Part shown: positions 29,212 to 44,769 of the stretch, one piece after another
Numbering within the stretch: position 1 is the stretch's first letter
Layout of the letters: each line of letters starts with the position of its first letter
The notes under the pieces: generated by a model
The model's input: only the letters and a program-made list of their open reading frames with translations
The model's database searches: none
What the model was told of the DNA's origin: nothing
Assembly (NCBI RefSeq): GCF_009914755.1
Contig: NC_060925.1
Strand: one strand, 5' to 3'
DNA length: 64,000 nt
Source: the human T2T-CHM13v2.0 reference genome, Homo sapiens
Translations under genes and position numbers: made by a program

Positions 29212-30322
29212 CAGTCATGCACTGCTTAATGATGGGGATACATTCTGAGAAATGTGCAATTAGACAATTTCATCATTGTGACAACATCCTAGGGTTTACT
29301 TACATAAACCTAAATGGCATAGCCTACTACTTCTAGGTACAGACCTGTACAGCATGTTACCCTACTGAATACTCTAGGCAGGTGTAACACAATGATATTT
29401 GCACATCTAAACACATCTAGAAAAGTACAGTAAAAATATGATATAGAAGATTTAAAAACGATATACCTGTCTATTGCATTTATAATACCATGAATGAAAC
29501 TTGTAGGACTGGAAGCTGCTTTGAGTGAGTGAGTGGCGAGTGAATATGAAGGCCTAGGTGATTACTGTAGACTATGAACACTGTATAATGTATAAAATAA
29601 TTAAAATTATTTTTTTCTTCAGTAATGAGTTAACCTTTGCTTTCTATAACTTTTTCACTTTATACACTTTAAAATTTTTAAAAACGCCTTGACTCTTTTA
29701 TAACAGTTTAAAATATGAACACATTGTACAGCTATACAAAAATATTGTTTCTTTACATCTTTATAAATATTTTTCTATTTTTTTTAACGTCTTTAACTTT
29801 TGGTTAAAAATGAAAACACAGCATATACGTTAGCCTAAACCTACACAGTCAGGATCATCAGTATCACTGTCTTCCACCTCCACATCCTGTCCCACTGTAA
29901 GGTCTTTCGGAGCAGGCATCGAGTAGTCATCTCCTACGCTAACAATGCCTTCTTTTGGAATATCACCTGAAGGACCCACCTGATGCTGTTTTACAGTTAC
30001 CTATTTTTTTTTAAATAAGTGAAAGTAATACACTTTAAGAAACAATGAAAAGTACAATATATAAAATAAAGAAGTAACATAGTCATGTACTATCACAATC
30101 AAGTATTATGTATCTAACTGCATGTGCTATGTTTCTACACAACCGGCAGCACAGGTTTGCTTACACCAGCATCACCAAAACATGTGAGTAATGCACTGCA
30201 GTATGACTTACAACATTTACATCACTAGGCAATATGAATTTTTCAGCTACATTATAATCTTATGGTATTGTCATATACATGGCCCACTGTTGACAGAAAC
30301 TTATTATATAGCACGTGACACA
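29212..30322. mobile_element. Tigger3 (Golem)-type non-autonomous DNA transposon, about 1.1 kb, inserted in L1
   Basis: Left end TA + cagtcatgcactgcttaatgatggggatacattctgagaaatg; degenerate right end. L1 sequence agaagaaaat...aggagaaa resumes after it. Confidence 0.8.
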
Positions 30323-31642
30323 TAACAAATAGGAGAAAGATGTGTGACCTGGGGTACACAAACATTTCTTGGACAGTACACAAAAAAAGTGAAAACCATA
30401 AAAGGCAAGAATTGATAAATAAGACATCAAAATTAAAAACGTCTGTTCCTCAAAAGACATCACTGAGAAAATGAAAAGGCAAGCTACAGTCTGGAAGAAA
30501 CCATTTGTAATACAAATATTTGGCAAACTATTTGTAACCAGAACATCCAAAGAACTCCTATAATTCAGTAAGAAGATGAACAACCGAATAATAGGTGAAA
30601 TATTTGAATAGACAGGTCACAAAAGTATATGCAATGGCAAAAAGTCTGAGTGAAGACATTTCCTATCATTAGTCATAAGAGAAACGCAACTTAAAACCAC
30701 AGTAACATACTCCCACACACTCGTTAGAATGACTAAAATGAAAACCACTGACCACAGCAAGCACTGGTGAGGGTGCAGAACACCTAAAATTCTCATTACA
30801 TTAATGCTGAGACTGTAAAATGACACAACAGTTTTAAATTTTTGTAAAATGTAAGCATATGCTTACCATAAATCCAACAATCATACTCTTCAGTATTAAT
30901 TAAAGAGAAAAGAAACAGGCCTATCAGCTTTATTCATATTAGGCAATGACTGGTATTAATCCGCATGTACGTCACCAGTGGGAGAGATTAACAAATGGTG
31001 GTATAGCTGTGCAAAGGATAATGACTTCACAATAAAAGAAATAAATGACTGAGAAATGCAACAAAGTTAACAATCTCAAAAAACATTACGCAGAATGAAA
31101 GAAGTAGATACAAGACAGTATATATTGTATGAGTTCATTTCTGTGACATTTTTAAAAAGATGAATCAAATCTTTAGTGTCTGAAAGCAGACCAATGGTTA
31201 CCTAGGGCCACGTGTGGATGTACTATGGGTACAGGGAAGACTGACTGCAAAGAGGCATGGCAGAACTTTTTGAGGCAATGAGAATGTTTTATATTTTTAT
31301 TGTGATGGGGGCTACATGCATATATATGTTTGTCAGAAGTCATCTAATCATATACTTAAAATGAGTTCATTTCATTATATGTAAATTATACTTAAGTTGA
31401 CTAAAAAATGAAAACAACCTAAACGTTCAATGATTTGGGAAGGTTTTAATAAGTTAAAGTGTATCTACATAATTAGTAGGCAACAAGTAACATATTTTAA
31501 AATGATAAAATTGAAAATATGTGTACAGTATAAACAGTGGAAAATATATTAACACGGTATTAGCAATTATTTCTAGATGGTAAGATTTAGAGTGGTTTTT
31601 ATCTTCTGTTTCATACCTCAAAAAATACTTGTAATTATTTAA

Positions 31643-31965
<323 letters not shown>

Positions 31966-33169
31966 TATGCCCTTCTTAAATGCAGAGACCATCTGTCTTG
32001 CTCATGTAGTATACTAAGCACATAGTACAGTGCCTGCCTTGAAGAAAGCAGCATTCAATAAGAACTTTTTTGACAGAATTAAAATAATTTTTTTGGCTTT
32101 TTGAAGTTCTCTGTAATGAATGTACATTATCACTTTTGCAATAGAAAAAAATTATTCAAAGGTTTCAAATAAATGTACTAATAATTAATGTACTGATTTA
32201 TGCTTATTATAAATTTAATGCTCTATTTTTTTCTTGGCAAAGGCATAGGAAAATGAGAAAATTATGACAGTACACCATATCTTTGCATCTTCAGCACCAT
32301 GCCTAGTATATGACACATATTATATTCTTCATAAATATGTATTGCAAAAAATAAAATTAAATTCAGAAATACCTCTCAAAAAATTATAAGAAAAATCATC
32401 CTTAAGGTTTTTGAGGTAAAATATTTTCATTGGAAGTATTAAAAATCATATATAATAGTTGAATAATCTTATCTTTGTTCAAAAAGGAAAGTGAATTATT
32501 TGCTGCTAAAATAGGGAGCTTATCTTTATCAAGTTAAGTTCCTTTATAAAGGCAAAGACTACATAGTTTTTTTTTATTGTTAAGCTTAGCCATGCTATAG
32601 GAATACAGTAATGTAAAATGCATTAACTCAAACTACTAAATATACAAGCATATTTCATCATTCTATTAGGAAGAAATTTTCTCCATAACTCTCTCTCATA
32701 ATAGCCTAACAGGAACTGCACTAGAGTGTAGCTGTACTCCCACGGTTTAGTAAGTGAACAGGTATTCAGCCCATCCTTGCAAAAAGATGACTGCATCTAC
32801 AGCCGTGCCCTAAAGTCTCATGCTCAACAGGCTTCTCTCATCAGAGCACAGGAAGTTCCTTCCCACATACCCTTCAAATGTCAACCTAACACTACTTCCT
32901 CAAAGAGATAACTAAATTTATAGTAGGTTCTCCATCATTCTCTCTCATACTACAGCACTCTGTTGCCATTATATTTATTGGGTTTATTTTGTTTTATTAT
33001 TTTATAATATGCATCTCCTTCTAGAAATCATGACTGTTTTATTCATCCTAGCGAACGCAGTAAGCATTTAATACATACTTTTGATTGAATGAGCTAATCT
33101 TATTTGGGGAACATACCTGTTCTTGAAGATTTAGTTCAAATGCACCTTTCCTCCTAAAATCTCCTGTAC

Positions 33170-35995
33170 AGGAGAACATTTGTGGGGATGTTATTTTTAT
33201 CGTGGTGATGATTTCATGGGTCAAAAGTTATCAGATTGTACACTTTAAATATGTACAAATTATTTATAATTTGTTATTAACTCAGCAAAACTGTTTTAAA
33301 GAAAGGGAAACATCTTAAGACAAAATGCAGATTTTCTCACACAAATAAAAGCTAACAAAAGTTACGGCTATCAGACCTGCACTACAAAAACAAATGCTAA
33401 AGGAAGTTTTTATGCAAAAGGAAAATGTAATAGATGAAAATGTATACCAACACAAAGGAAAAGAGAACACTTAAAATGACTACTTTATGAATATAAAACA
33501 TTTTTTCTATTAAAAATTATTTTAAAGATAATTGCTTAAGGCAAAAACAGTGTATTGTAAAGGTTAAAAAATACATGGAAGTAAAATGTCTGAGAACAAC
33601 TGCACAAAAGACAGAAGGCAGGGAAACAGATGTATGCCTTTTAAGGTTCAGATAGAAGGTAAGAAAATAGACGTATGCTGTTATAAGGTTCTTACAGTAC
33701 AGGTAAAGTGACACAGCATATTGTTTGAAAGTCTACCGTGATGAGAAAAGATACATATTCTAAACCCTAAAGCTACCACCATAAGAACAAAGAAGCAGAG
33801 CTAATCAAACTAAGATTATTTAAACTCATCAAATTACTAATAGAAATTCTTCAACTTTTAATAAAGAGCATCTACGAAAAATCTACAGCTAACAACATGG
33901 TTAATGGTGACAGTATGAATGCTTCTGCCCTAAAATTAGGTATAAAGCAAGGATATTTGCTCTTATCCTGCTCTTTAACACTGTTCTAAACATCCTGGAT
34001 AGTTTAATAAGGCAAGGAAATGTACACATATTAGAAAATAGCAGTAAAACTGTCTTTGTTCTCACCTGACATGATCATCTACATAGAGAAATCCAATATA
34101 TTTACAATAAAAGACTACTAAAACTAATATTAGTATGGCTAATAAGTAAACATCAACTGTATGTCTATATATTAGCAAGAATCAACTACAAATTGAAATT
34201 TTTAATAATGACTGATAAACCATTTATAACTTAAAAACATAAAATAATTATAAAGTATCCCTAAGGATAAATTTTTAAAACTTTCAAGACCTGTACACTA
34301 AAAACTACATAATATTGTTGAAAGAAATTAAAGACTTAAATAATGGGAAAACATATACCATATTTATGAATCAGAAGACAACACTGTGAAACTGTCAATT
34401 CTCCCCAAATTGATCAACAGATTTAACACAATCACAATTAAAATCCAGGAGGCTTTTATGTAGAATTCAACAAGCTTACTCTATAATTTATGTGGAAATG
34501 CAAAGGAAATTGGATAGCAAAACCAAATTTAAAAAGAATATCAAAATTGAAAGATTCAAGCTGCCTGATTTTAACACTTATTCTAAAGTAAGTGTGTGGC
34601 ATAGTGAAGACAGTGTGGTATAGGTTTCAGGATAGATATAGACCAATACAACAGAATGCAGAGTCCAGAAATCGACCCACACATATATGACTGATTTTTG
34701 ACAAGGGTACCAAATCATTCAATGGGAGAAAGACAGTCTTTTCAACAAATATGCTGGAACAGTTAGATATCACTTTGCAAGAAACAAATGAAACATGACC
34801 CTTATGTAGCAGTATACATTAAAATTAACTTGAAATGGCTCATAGACCTAAATGCAAGAGCTAAAACTATTAACACTTCTAGAAGAAAGCATAAAAGAAA
34901 ATCTCCCCGACCTGCCACCACCCAACAGGTCTAGCTTTGACTTTAGAAAAAAATCTTAACAAACTTCAGTTAGAAAAAGATGTTTTAAAAACAAAATGTA
35001 CAAATCATAAGAGAAAATAATCAATGAATTGTGTTTCCTCTAATTTAGAAGTCTGCCCTTCATACTGGTTGGAAAGCCTATCAGTGGTTTTCAGGGTGAG
35101 AGTGAGGGGAGAGAATTGACTTTAAAGAGACATGCGAGGCTCTGTTGTGAAAGAAACATTCTAGATCATGATTGTGGTGATGGGAAACTGCTTTATACAG
35201 CTGTCAAAACTCACTAAATTGTACAGTCAAAATTGATTAATTTTACTGAATGCTAACTATGCATTAAAATGCTGATTACAATAGATTACAACAAAAGTGT
35301 ATTTTGGAACAATTTCCCATTATGAAATGAAAAGACAAACTATAAAATGGGAGAAAATATTTATAAAATATATATATGATAAAGCCCTTACATGAAATAA
35401 ATAAATCTGACAACTCAATATTAAGACAACAACCTAATTTTTAAAACAGACAAAAGATTTTAAGATACTTCAAAAAAGATGATGTATAAATGGCAAATCA
35501 GAATAAGAAAAGAAGTTCAATATCATTAGTTATTTGAGAAATTCAAATTGAAGCTAAAAAATACCACTATACATCCACCAGAATGAGTAAAATTTAAAAA
35601 GACTACCATGCCAAGTGTGGTGATGTTGTCAAGTAACATCCTGGGAATGCAAAATGGTATGGCTGATTTTGAAAAGAGTCTGCAGTTTTTAATGAAGTTG
35701 ATCATAACAAATGACACAGAAATTGCATTTCTATGTATTTACCCAAGAAGATTAAAAATATATATTCACACACAGATTTGTACTGGAATATTCACGAGCT
35801 TTTATTCTAATAGGCCCAAAATGTAAAGAACCCAAACGTCTATCCAGGGGCAACTATATAAACATATGACTGTACATCACACAACGGAGCAAAGCCATAA
35901 AAAGAAACAAACTACTGATATATGGAACAGTATCTATAAATTTTAAAAGTATTATGCTAAGTGAAAAATGGAGAACACAAAAGCCTGTAAGTATG
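33170..35995 (+). mobile_element. Old L1M fragments (ORF2 / 3' region)
   Basis: L1 motifs such as gacatgatcatctacatag, ctgatttttgacaagggtacca and cagtcttttcaacaaat. Boundaries approximate. Confidence 0.65.
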
Positions 35996-38064
35996 TTTTC
36001 AGATTATAGTTTTTGATATTTAAATACTGTTTTGTGTCACTGCCCTCTTTTTCCTCCTCAGGGTTTCCAATTATACATATGTTGCTTCTTCTGTTTTCCC
36101 TCCCTTGAAATACCCACTCTGTGGTAAGCCAGCCTTTGTGTAAGAAGTTTGACTACCTTGAAATGGCCATGCTCTGCCATAACCACATGGAAAGGAATCA
36201 TGTAAATACCCAGATGCCTGGCAGGCCCCTGCAGTTCCAGCCACTTGATCTGAGATTTTAGATTTGTAAGCAAGCATGTTACATGTTGAGGCTTGTAATA
36301 ACATCTCCTAATAACTAAATTCAATGCATTCAATTACATTTAATGCAGTGAGATACTGGTTTAACCATTCATTTTTTAAAAATGTCTTTGAATTATGAAA
36401 TTATATACTAAAAATGCTTCCCGACTTTACATTGCCTTTAGATGCTAATGTAAACATTGTAATGCATCCTTCTTGACTTGGGAATTTTGAAAAAGCATTG
36501 GGTGAAAAACAAAATTCTGATACAACCTACATAATATATTAATAACTAAAATAGTTAGCAAAGAAATTAGCTTGTCAGACACCTGACAATAAAGATGTTT
36601 ATATACCTGAAAACTTTGTAAAATTTTAAAAATCATCACTATGAATATGAAATGATAATTAAATTAATTTAAAAATCACCCAGATCACACCTCCGTAAAT
36701 TAGTAAGGAGAACTAGAATACTGACTACTGGTGCTTTTGTCTTATGTGAATTTAAAATGAGATAATTTTGGTTCACTGATAACAAAATGCCAGCCAAATG
36801 AGAAATCTGAATAAGCATGAGAATCTCAAGAATGGCAAGAACCTGAAAGCCGTATTGCAAAAAAATCAAATACATGTTATCAAAGAAATTAATATAGAGT
36901 TTACAATGAACTAAGTATGGACAAAAATAGTAGTACATAACTGAAACTGTTAGCTTCATTACAACCTACATAAAGAAAATAGAGGAATGTGAAGAATTTA
37001 TCAGATGAATAGCATTTCTACACAATGATTTTCCTTTACTCCCCTAATGAATCTTTAACTTCAGGAAACTTCAGACTTGAGAGAGATTTGCAGAGGTCCA
37101 ACAAATAAGCCTGAAATAAATGAAGCTATGAGTAAGATTTTGGAAACAAGTCCTAAGTAGAGACTTCCTAAACCAAAGAAAACAAAAACACCTCCTTAGT
37201 CAATTTTGTCTACTTTATTCTCCCAGGATATTTTTCTGCTTCTCATGTAAATTTAGTAACATTTAAGGAATAAAAAGAGAGCTGCCTGGATATATTAGCA
37301 GTGTGATTGGTCATATTATTAGAGAGATTTTACAATCAGTTCTACAAATGCCCCACTGAAATTGCACTGAACTCACTCTTACAACCTTGTTCTACTGGGC
37401 TCCAAACCAACCCTTTTACATTCTGTACTACAGCCAAGGTGCATACCTTGTACCAAACCAGAAAAGGAAGAATCCCTGGTAGTCTCCATAGGAACTATTA
37501 GATGGCAAATCCAATGGACAATTCTCAGTTATCATTGTACAGTATTTAATATACTCTGTTGTACCTAATCTCTCCTTAACTTCTAAGGCTTCTCTTGTCT
37601 GGCTCCTCCTGCCCAGGATCCTCCTTAGGCTTCTCTCTGCCTCTACACCTGTGCACTAGTCTCACTGCATCTACAGCTGTGTCTACAGCATGCCTTACTC
37701 TGGCATTTCCAGGCACCATCCTTGGCCACTGATGTTCTAACTGTACATACTTTCCTCACATTGGATATTTCCTCACTTCCTGGGTTTTAACACTGCTCAT
37801 GATGCCTATTTGTATCTCTGATTTAACTCTCCCCACTCCTTGGCTGCCACACTAGGTGCCTCAAATATAGCATGATCTGCTTAAGAACTCATTCTTCTCC
37901 CTGTGTTTTCTATTTTTATAAATACTCCAGTATCCACAATTCCCCAAGCAGCAAACAGGAAATCATATGATACTTCTCTGCATATTTATTCATTAAATCC
38001 TGGTGATTCTAATAACTAAATATTACTAGAATTTGCTTCCTTCTAACACTGCTTCAATTAATAA

Positions 38065-38385
<321 letters not shown>

Positions 38386-39194
38386 TGAATTACTGAAAAC
38401 CTTCTAACTGCAGCAACCTCCCAAGTATTTTCCTTGCTTCCACTTTTGTCCTCTCTACTTCAACCTCTATACTGCCAAGTATTCTTTCTAAACATTTCCC
38501 CCAAAGAAATTCTTCCATGATGCTCCACTGCCTTCATCTAAATGACTTGAGAGTGAAGATCTGTCTTAATGTGATTCTGACTACCTGTGCAGACTCTCTG
38601 GCTTTCCTCTGCAGAACTCTATGCATTATCCACACTGTGCTATATTCGGTGGGTGGGGGAACCTGTCTGCTCCTGTGTACTCTACACATGCCATTTTACC
38701 TGTGTAGGAATGCTCTCCTTCCCAACCTTAGTGATATAATGTATAGTTATTCTTACGTCTTAGCCTAGCAACCACTTTTTAAGAAGAGTTTCCTACTCTG
38801 GCACCCTTTGCTTTCCTTTCCTCTGCTCCTCAGGTTCATTAAAGTGCTCATTCTCTCCATGCACAGTAACCAGTATTATCAGAGCAACCATGTCACTGCA
38901 GTGTATACAAGTATTTTCTCATCTATCTCCCCAGTAAGTCACTCATCAAAGGAAAAATAGTATGTTTTCCTTATTTATGAATCTTCTGAGGTCTAGCCCA
39001 CAGAAGTTGCTCATTATTTAATAGATGAATGATAATGTACTAGATTATAAAGTTAATCCATAAGGTATCAAAAATAATCAAATCACTCCCAAACATTCCT
39101 TAGAACGGTATTACACTGGAGACCAACATACTGTCATCTCTCGACATAGTTAAACCCAGGACAGTTTTCTATCTTTGGTACAATAATATAGTCT

Positions 39195-39499
39195 TTTTTC
39201 TTTTATTTTCTTTAGAGACAGGGTCTCACTCTGTTGCCCACGCTGGAGTGCAGTAGCACAACCATGGCTCACTATAACCCTGAGTTCCTCGGCTCAAGTG
39301 AACTTCCCACCTCAGCTTTCCTGATTAATTTACTAGGACTACAGGTACACATCACCATACATGGCTAACTTTTTTTTTTTTTTGACACGGGATCTCACCA
39401 TGTTCGCCAGGCTGGTCTCAAACTCCTGGCCTCAAGCAATCCTCCTATCTCAGCTGCCCAAAGCACCAGAATTACAGGCATGAGCCACCAGGCCTGGCC
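39195..39499 (-). mobile_element. Alu (AluJ-like)
   Basis: Reverse Alu consensus. Confidence 0.88.
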
Positions 39500-39967
39500 A
39501 GAAAATAGTTTCTTTAAATGAACACCTGCAGTTACAATGCACTCAATGACATTTTATGTAAGTTTTGTATTTTAAAACACCAGAGTTTATATTCCATGAA
39601 GCTCTATGCATGGAAAGTAGGAAGTAACAAGGAGTAAAGAATAGCAAATTTATATCTCTCATCCTAAGGTCACTCTGTAAATACACTCATTGAGAAATTG
39701 AGAAAAAGAGCAGAATAATCACATCATTTAAATCAACTTGTCTATCTCAGCTATATCTTATTGAGCCCACTTCTTCGAATTCATATAAATTACATGCAAC
39801 TATGATGAAATTCCATTGTACCAATACGACCGTAAGAAGTTAGGGCTGATTTTTCACAGCCAACATTTCTTTCACAATTCACTTTCATCAAAAATTTTTA
39901 GTGCTCCAAATACAGTCATGCATTACTTAACAACTGGGATATGGCCTGAGAAACTTGCTGGTAGGCA

Positions 39968-42256
39968 GATATGGTTTGGCTGTGTTCCCACCCAAATCTC
40001 ATCTTGAACTGTAGTTCCCATAATCCCAATGTGTTGTGGGAGGGATCCACTGGAAGGTAATTGAATCACAGGGCTGGTTATCTCCATGCTGTTCTGCTGA
40101 TAGTGAGTGAGTTCTGATGAAATCTGATGGTTTTATAAGGGGCTTTTCCTCCTTTGCTTAGCACTTCTCTCTCCTGCTCCTACGTGAAGAAGGACATGTT
40201 TGCTTCCCCTTTCACCACGATTGTAGGTTTCCTAAGGTCTCCCCAGCCCTGCAGAACTGAGTCAATTAAACCTCTTTCCTTTATAAATTACCCAGTCTCG
40301 GGCAGTTCACAGCAGCATGAGAACAGAGAATGGACTAATACAGTACATTGGTACCACAGAGAGTGTGGTGCTGCTGTAAAGATACCCAAAAATGTAAAAA
40401 CAGCTTTCCAACCAGGTAACAGGCAAGGCTGGAACAGTATGGAGGGCTCAAAAGAAGACAGAAAAACGTGAGAAAGTTTGGAACTTCCTAGAGACTTGTT
40501 GAATAGCTTTGACCAAAATGCTGACAGTGATATGGACAATAAAGTCCAGGCTGAGGTGGCCTCAGATGAAGACGAGGAACTTACTGGTAAGTGGAGTAAA
40601 GGTGACTCTTGCTATGCTTTACCAAAGAGAATGGTGGCATTTTGCCCCTGCCCTAGAGATCTAAGGAACTTTGAACTTGAAGGAGATGATTTGGGGGTAT
40701 CTGGTGGAGGAAATTTCTAAGTGGCAAAGCATTGAAGAGAACGCGGAGAAGAAAAGTTTGCAAAATTTGCAGCCTGACAATACAATAGAAAAGAAAAACC
40801 CATTTTGTGGGGAGAAATTCAAGCCCACTGCAAAAGTTGGCATAAGTAACAAGGAGCCAGATGTTAATCACCAAGACAAAGGAGAAAATGTCTTCAGGGC
40901 ATTTCAGAGACCTTTGCAGCAGCCCCTCCCATCATAGGCCCAGAGGCCTAGGAGGGAAAAACAGTTTTGTGGGCCAGGGCCAGGGCCCAAAAGCAGGGCC
41001 CCCCCACCCGGCTCTGTGCAGCCTTGGGACATGGTGCCCTGCATCCCAACTGCTTCAGTCCCAGCTGTGGCTAAAAGGGACCAATGTACAGCTCAGGCCA
41101 TTGCTTCAGAGGGTGCAAGCCCCAAGCATTGGCAGCTTCCATGTGGTGTTGGTCCTGCTGGTGTGCAGAAGACAAGAATTAAGGTTTGGGAACCTCCACC
41201 TAGATTTCAGAGGATGTGTGGAAACACTTGGATGACCAGTCTGCTGCAGGGGCAGAGTCCTCATGGAGAACCTCTGCTAGGGCACTGCAGAAGGGAAATG
41301 TGGTGTTGTAGCCCCCACACAGAGTCCCCACTGGGGCACTGCCTAGTGGAGCTGTGAGAAGAGGGTCACTGTCCTCCAGACCCCAGAACGGTAATCTACT
41401 GACAGCTTGCACAGTGCACCTGGAAAAGCCACAGACACTCAACACCAGCCCATGAAAGTAGCTGGGAGGAGGGATGTACCCTACAAAGCCACAGGGGTGG
41501 TGCTGCTCAAGGCCATAGGAGCCCACCTCTTGCATCAGCATGATCTGGATGTCAGACACGGAGTTAAAGGAGATCATTTTGGAACTTTAAGGTTTAGTGA
41601 CTGCACTATTGGACTTTAGACTTGCATGGGGCCTACAGCTCCTTTGTTTTGGCCAATTTCTCCCATTTGGAATGGGTGTATTTACCCAATGCCTGTACCC
41701 CCATTGTATCTAGGAAGTAACTAACTTGCTTTTGACTTTACAGGCTCATAGTCAGAAGAGACTTGCCTTGTCTCAGATGAGACTTTGAACTTGGACTTTT
41801 GGGATATTGCTGAAATGAATTAAGACTTTAAGGGACTGTTGGAAAGGCATGATTGTGTTTTGAAATGTGAGGATATGAGATTTGGGAGGGGCCAGGAGCA
41901 GAATGATATAGTTTGTGTCCCCACCCAAATCTCATCTTGAATTGTAGCTCCCAAAATCCCCATGTCATGGGAGGGCCCTGGTGCGTAATTTAATTATGGG
42001 GGTGGTTACCACTATGTGATTCTTGTGATTGTCAGCGAGTTCTCACAAGACGGTTTTATAAGAAGCTTTTCCCCCTTTGCTCAGCACTTCTTCCTGTCAC
42101 CATGTGAAGAAGGACATGTTTGCTTCCCCTTCCACCATGATTGTAAGTTTCCTGAGGACTCCCCAGCCCTGCGGAACTGTGAGTCAATTAAACCTCTTTC
42201 CTTTATAAATTACCCCGTCTGGGGCAGTTCTTTTCAGCAGTGTGAGAACTAATACA
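39968..42256 (+). mobile_element. Complete THE1 (C/D-type) MaLR provirus: 5' LTR 39968-40342, internal 40343-41903, 3' LTR 41904-42256
   Basis: Two homologous LTRs (gatat(g/a)gtttg...ctaataca), THE1 internal sequence, polypurine tract gggaggggccaggagcagaa before the 3' LTR, and ggca duplicated at both flanks. Confidence 0.93.
40058..40068 (+). promoter_or_regulatory. DUX4-type motif TAATTGAATCA in the THE1 5' LTR
   Basis: Exact match to TAAYBBAATCA. Motif only; no functional evidence. Confidence 0.5.
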
Positions 42257-42902
42257 GGCAATTTCATCATTGTGTGAACATCACAGAGTGACTTACACAA
42301 ACCTAGACAACATAGCCTACTACACACCTGGGCTATATGGTATAGCTTATTGCTCCTAGGCTACAAACCTGTGCATGTTTGTCTTATCGGACTACCATTG
42401 TGCTATCCATCATTGACTTCAACATTGCTACATGGCATGTGACTTATATTGACAAACACATAAAAATCACAAGCATAATCAAGAGCATGCTAAACCCCTA
42501 ACTCAAATTATAATTCAAGGTAAACTTTCTAGAGCATAGACTAAGAAGAAGATGCTATTGTTAATTAAAAATCAGTGAACAATAAGCATAAATTGAGTAA
42601 AAATTGGGCTAGTTATTTCAGCGAGGCCACTAAAGGAGCTCATCTTAGGGCAAAAACTTGATATAAAAAGATTTGAGTGTGCTGCCATTTTGGTATTATG
42701 AACTTACCAGAGCTTGCTTACAAAAGGCCAGTATTCTCACGCTCAAGTCCTTAGATGCCATACAGATCCTACCCCACTGGCTGAGTCTTGGTATATGTGT
42801 GGATTGTGCTAGTGTGAATTGTTTACGTGTGTTTATTGTTTCCCTTACTTTAAACCTATTTCAAAAATATAACTACTATGTTTAATACTTTTTCTACAGT
42901 AA

Positions 42903-43216
<314 letters not shown>

Positions 43217-43495
43217 GTTTTCTGCATTTTTATAAGGCATCCCTGGGCAGCATAAATGGCAAGGTGAACCCAAAGCAAAACCAAAATTAAACAAGTTGCC
43301 ACAAGGATAAACACATCAAGCATAGATTTCCTCCCCAGTCATGATAAATCAAGAATTGAAATAATCCTACTATACTCCAAGAACTAAATAACTATTTTAA
43401 AATACATCTGATAATCTAAAAAAAAAAAAATTGTGAGGTTAAATATATAAAATTCTATTTCCTACTAAAGTTATTAAATATAAATAACTTTTCAT

Positions 43496-43499
<4 letters not shown>

Positions 43500-43530
<31 letters not shown>
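43500..43530. repeat. (GT)15 microsatellite
   Basis: Directly visible. Confidence 0.95.
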
Positions 43531-43532
<2 letters not shown>

Positions 43533-43578
43533 CAACACTGTAATTACCTACGCATGTTAAAATTATACACCACATACA

Positions 43579-43815
43579 GGGAGGCCGAGGTGGGCAGATC
43601 ACTTGAGGTCAGGAGTTCAAGACTAGCCTGGCCAACATGGCCAAACCCCGTTTCTACTAAAAATACAAAAATTAGCCAAGTGTGGTGGTGCACACCTATA
43701 ATCCTAGCTACTCGGGAGACTGAGGCATGAGGACTGCTTGAGCCCAGGAGGCAGAAGTTGCAGTGAGCCGAGATTGTACCACTGTACTCCAGACAGGGTG
43801 ATGGAGTGAGACCCT
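43579..43815 (+). mobile_element. Alu, truncated at both ends
   Basis: Starts at gggaggccgagg; no A tail. Confidence 0.88.
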
Positions 43816-44769
43816 AGAGAATCAGTTCACTTGCTTCAAAATATTAAATAATACTTATCTATAGCCCAATCCAAAACAGAAATTCTGAAGAAAAACAAAG
43901 ATATGCTGAACAAGAAAAATAATGTAGGAGTATTAATGCTAAAGAAAATCATCTGGCTAATCTGAAAATCTGCTTTTAGTGTAAAATTTTTTTCAATAAT
44001 CATCAATTAATTAATCTTTAAGTACTCCGGGTTTAGAAAAGAAGTGCAGATGCCAGGTAGCGCCCTCTAGGAAGCTTTCCCTCATCCCACCAAAGTCCCA
44101 CCATCTATCTATCTGTTATGATAGAAGTGATAATTATTTCACACTTAGTATTATTTTTGTACCCTTTCTCCAGTAGACTATAAACTCTTTGAGGGCAAGA
44201 TCTATGTTTAATTCAGATTTCTATGCCCTAGATATCTACCAGAGTGCCTTCCACAAAGACTTAATACATATGTATTTTTGAAATAAAAAGATATCCTCTC
44301 CTAAATTTACACTTTCAGCTTTTTTAACAAAATAAACTGTATACTACATCAATTTCTATTTTTCTTCCTACTCCTCAGTAGTTCCTATTTTACCCCTTTT
44401 AGCTAACTTCTCTTATCCCTAATCCCTGAGGGAATGTTCATCCATTTGTTCACTTATTCATTCAAATAATCCAATGAATATTTGTGAAGCACCAACTATG
44501 TACAAGCAGTGAATAAGATGCTAGGGTTATACCGTGAACAAGCCTCTTAGAAAGCTAACACTTTGATGGGAAAGACAGACAAGTAAATAGGTAATTGTAA
44601 AACAATGTGAAAATTGTTACTATAGACATGAACACACAATACCGTTTAAAAAAGAGAGACATTTAATAGTGTTTTTCCAAGTTTTTGTCTGCGGACTGTT
44701 TTATCTGTCTTACTGTTTCCCTTGGTCATCCATTCATCCAACCATTTATTTGTCTGTCTACTTTCAACT

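Larger units (their letters stand above)
39913..42445. mobile_element. Short Tigger3-type element split by the THE1 insertion (pieces 39913-39967 and 42257-42445)
   Basis: TA + cagtcatgc left end. The sequence ...taggca|atttcatcattgtgtgaacatc joins across the THE1 and resembles the 29212 Tigger3. Confidence 0.75.

Noticed and set aside
40478-41619. Cluster of 70-125 aa ORFs
   Set aside because: These are broken pieces of the THE1 internal ORF and their antisense shadows; no intact frame.
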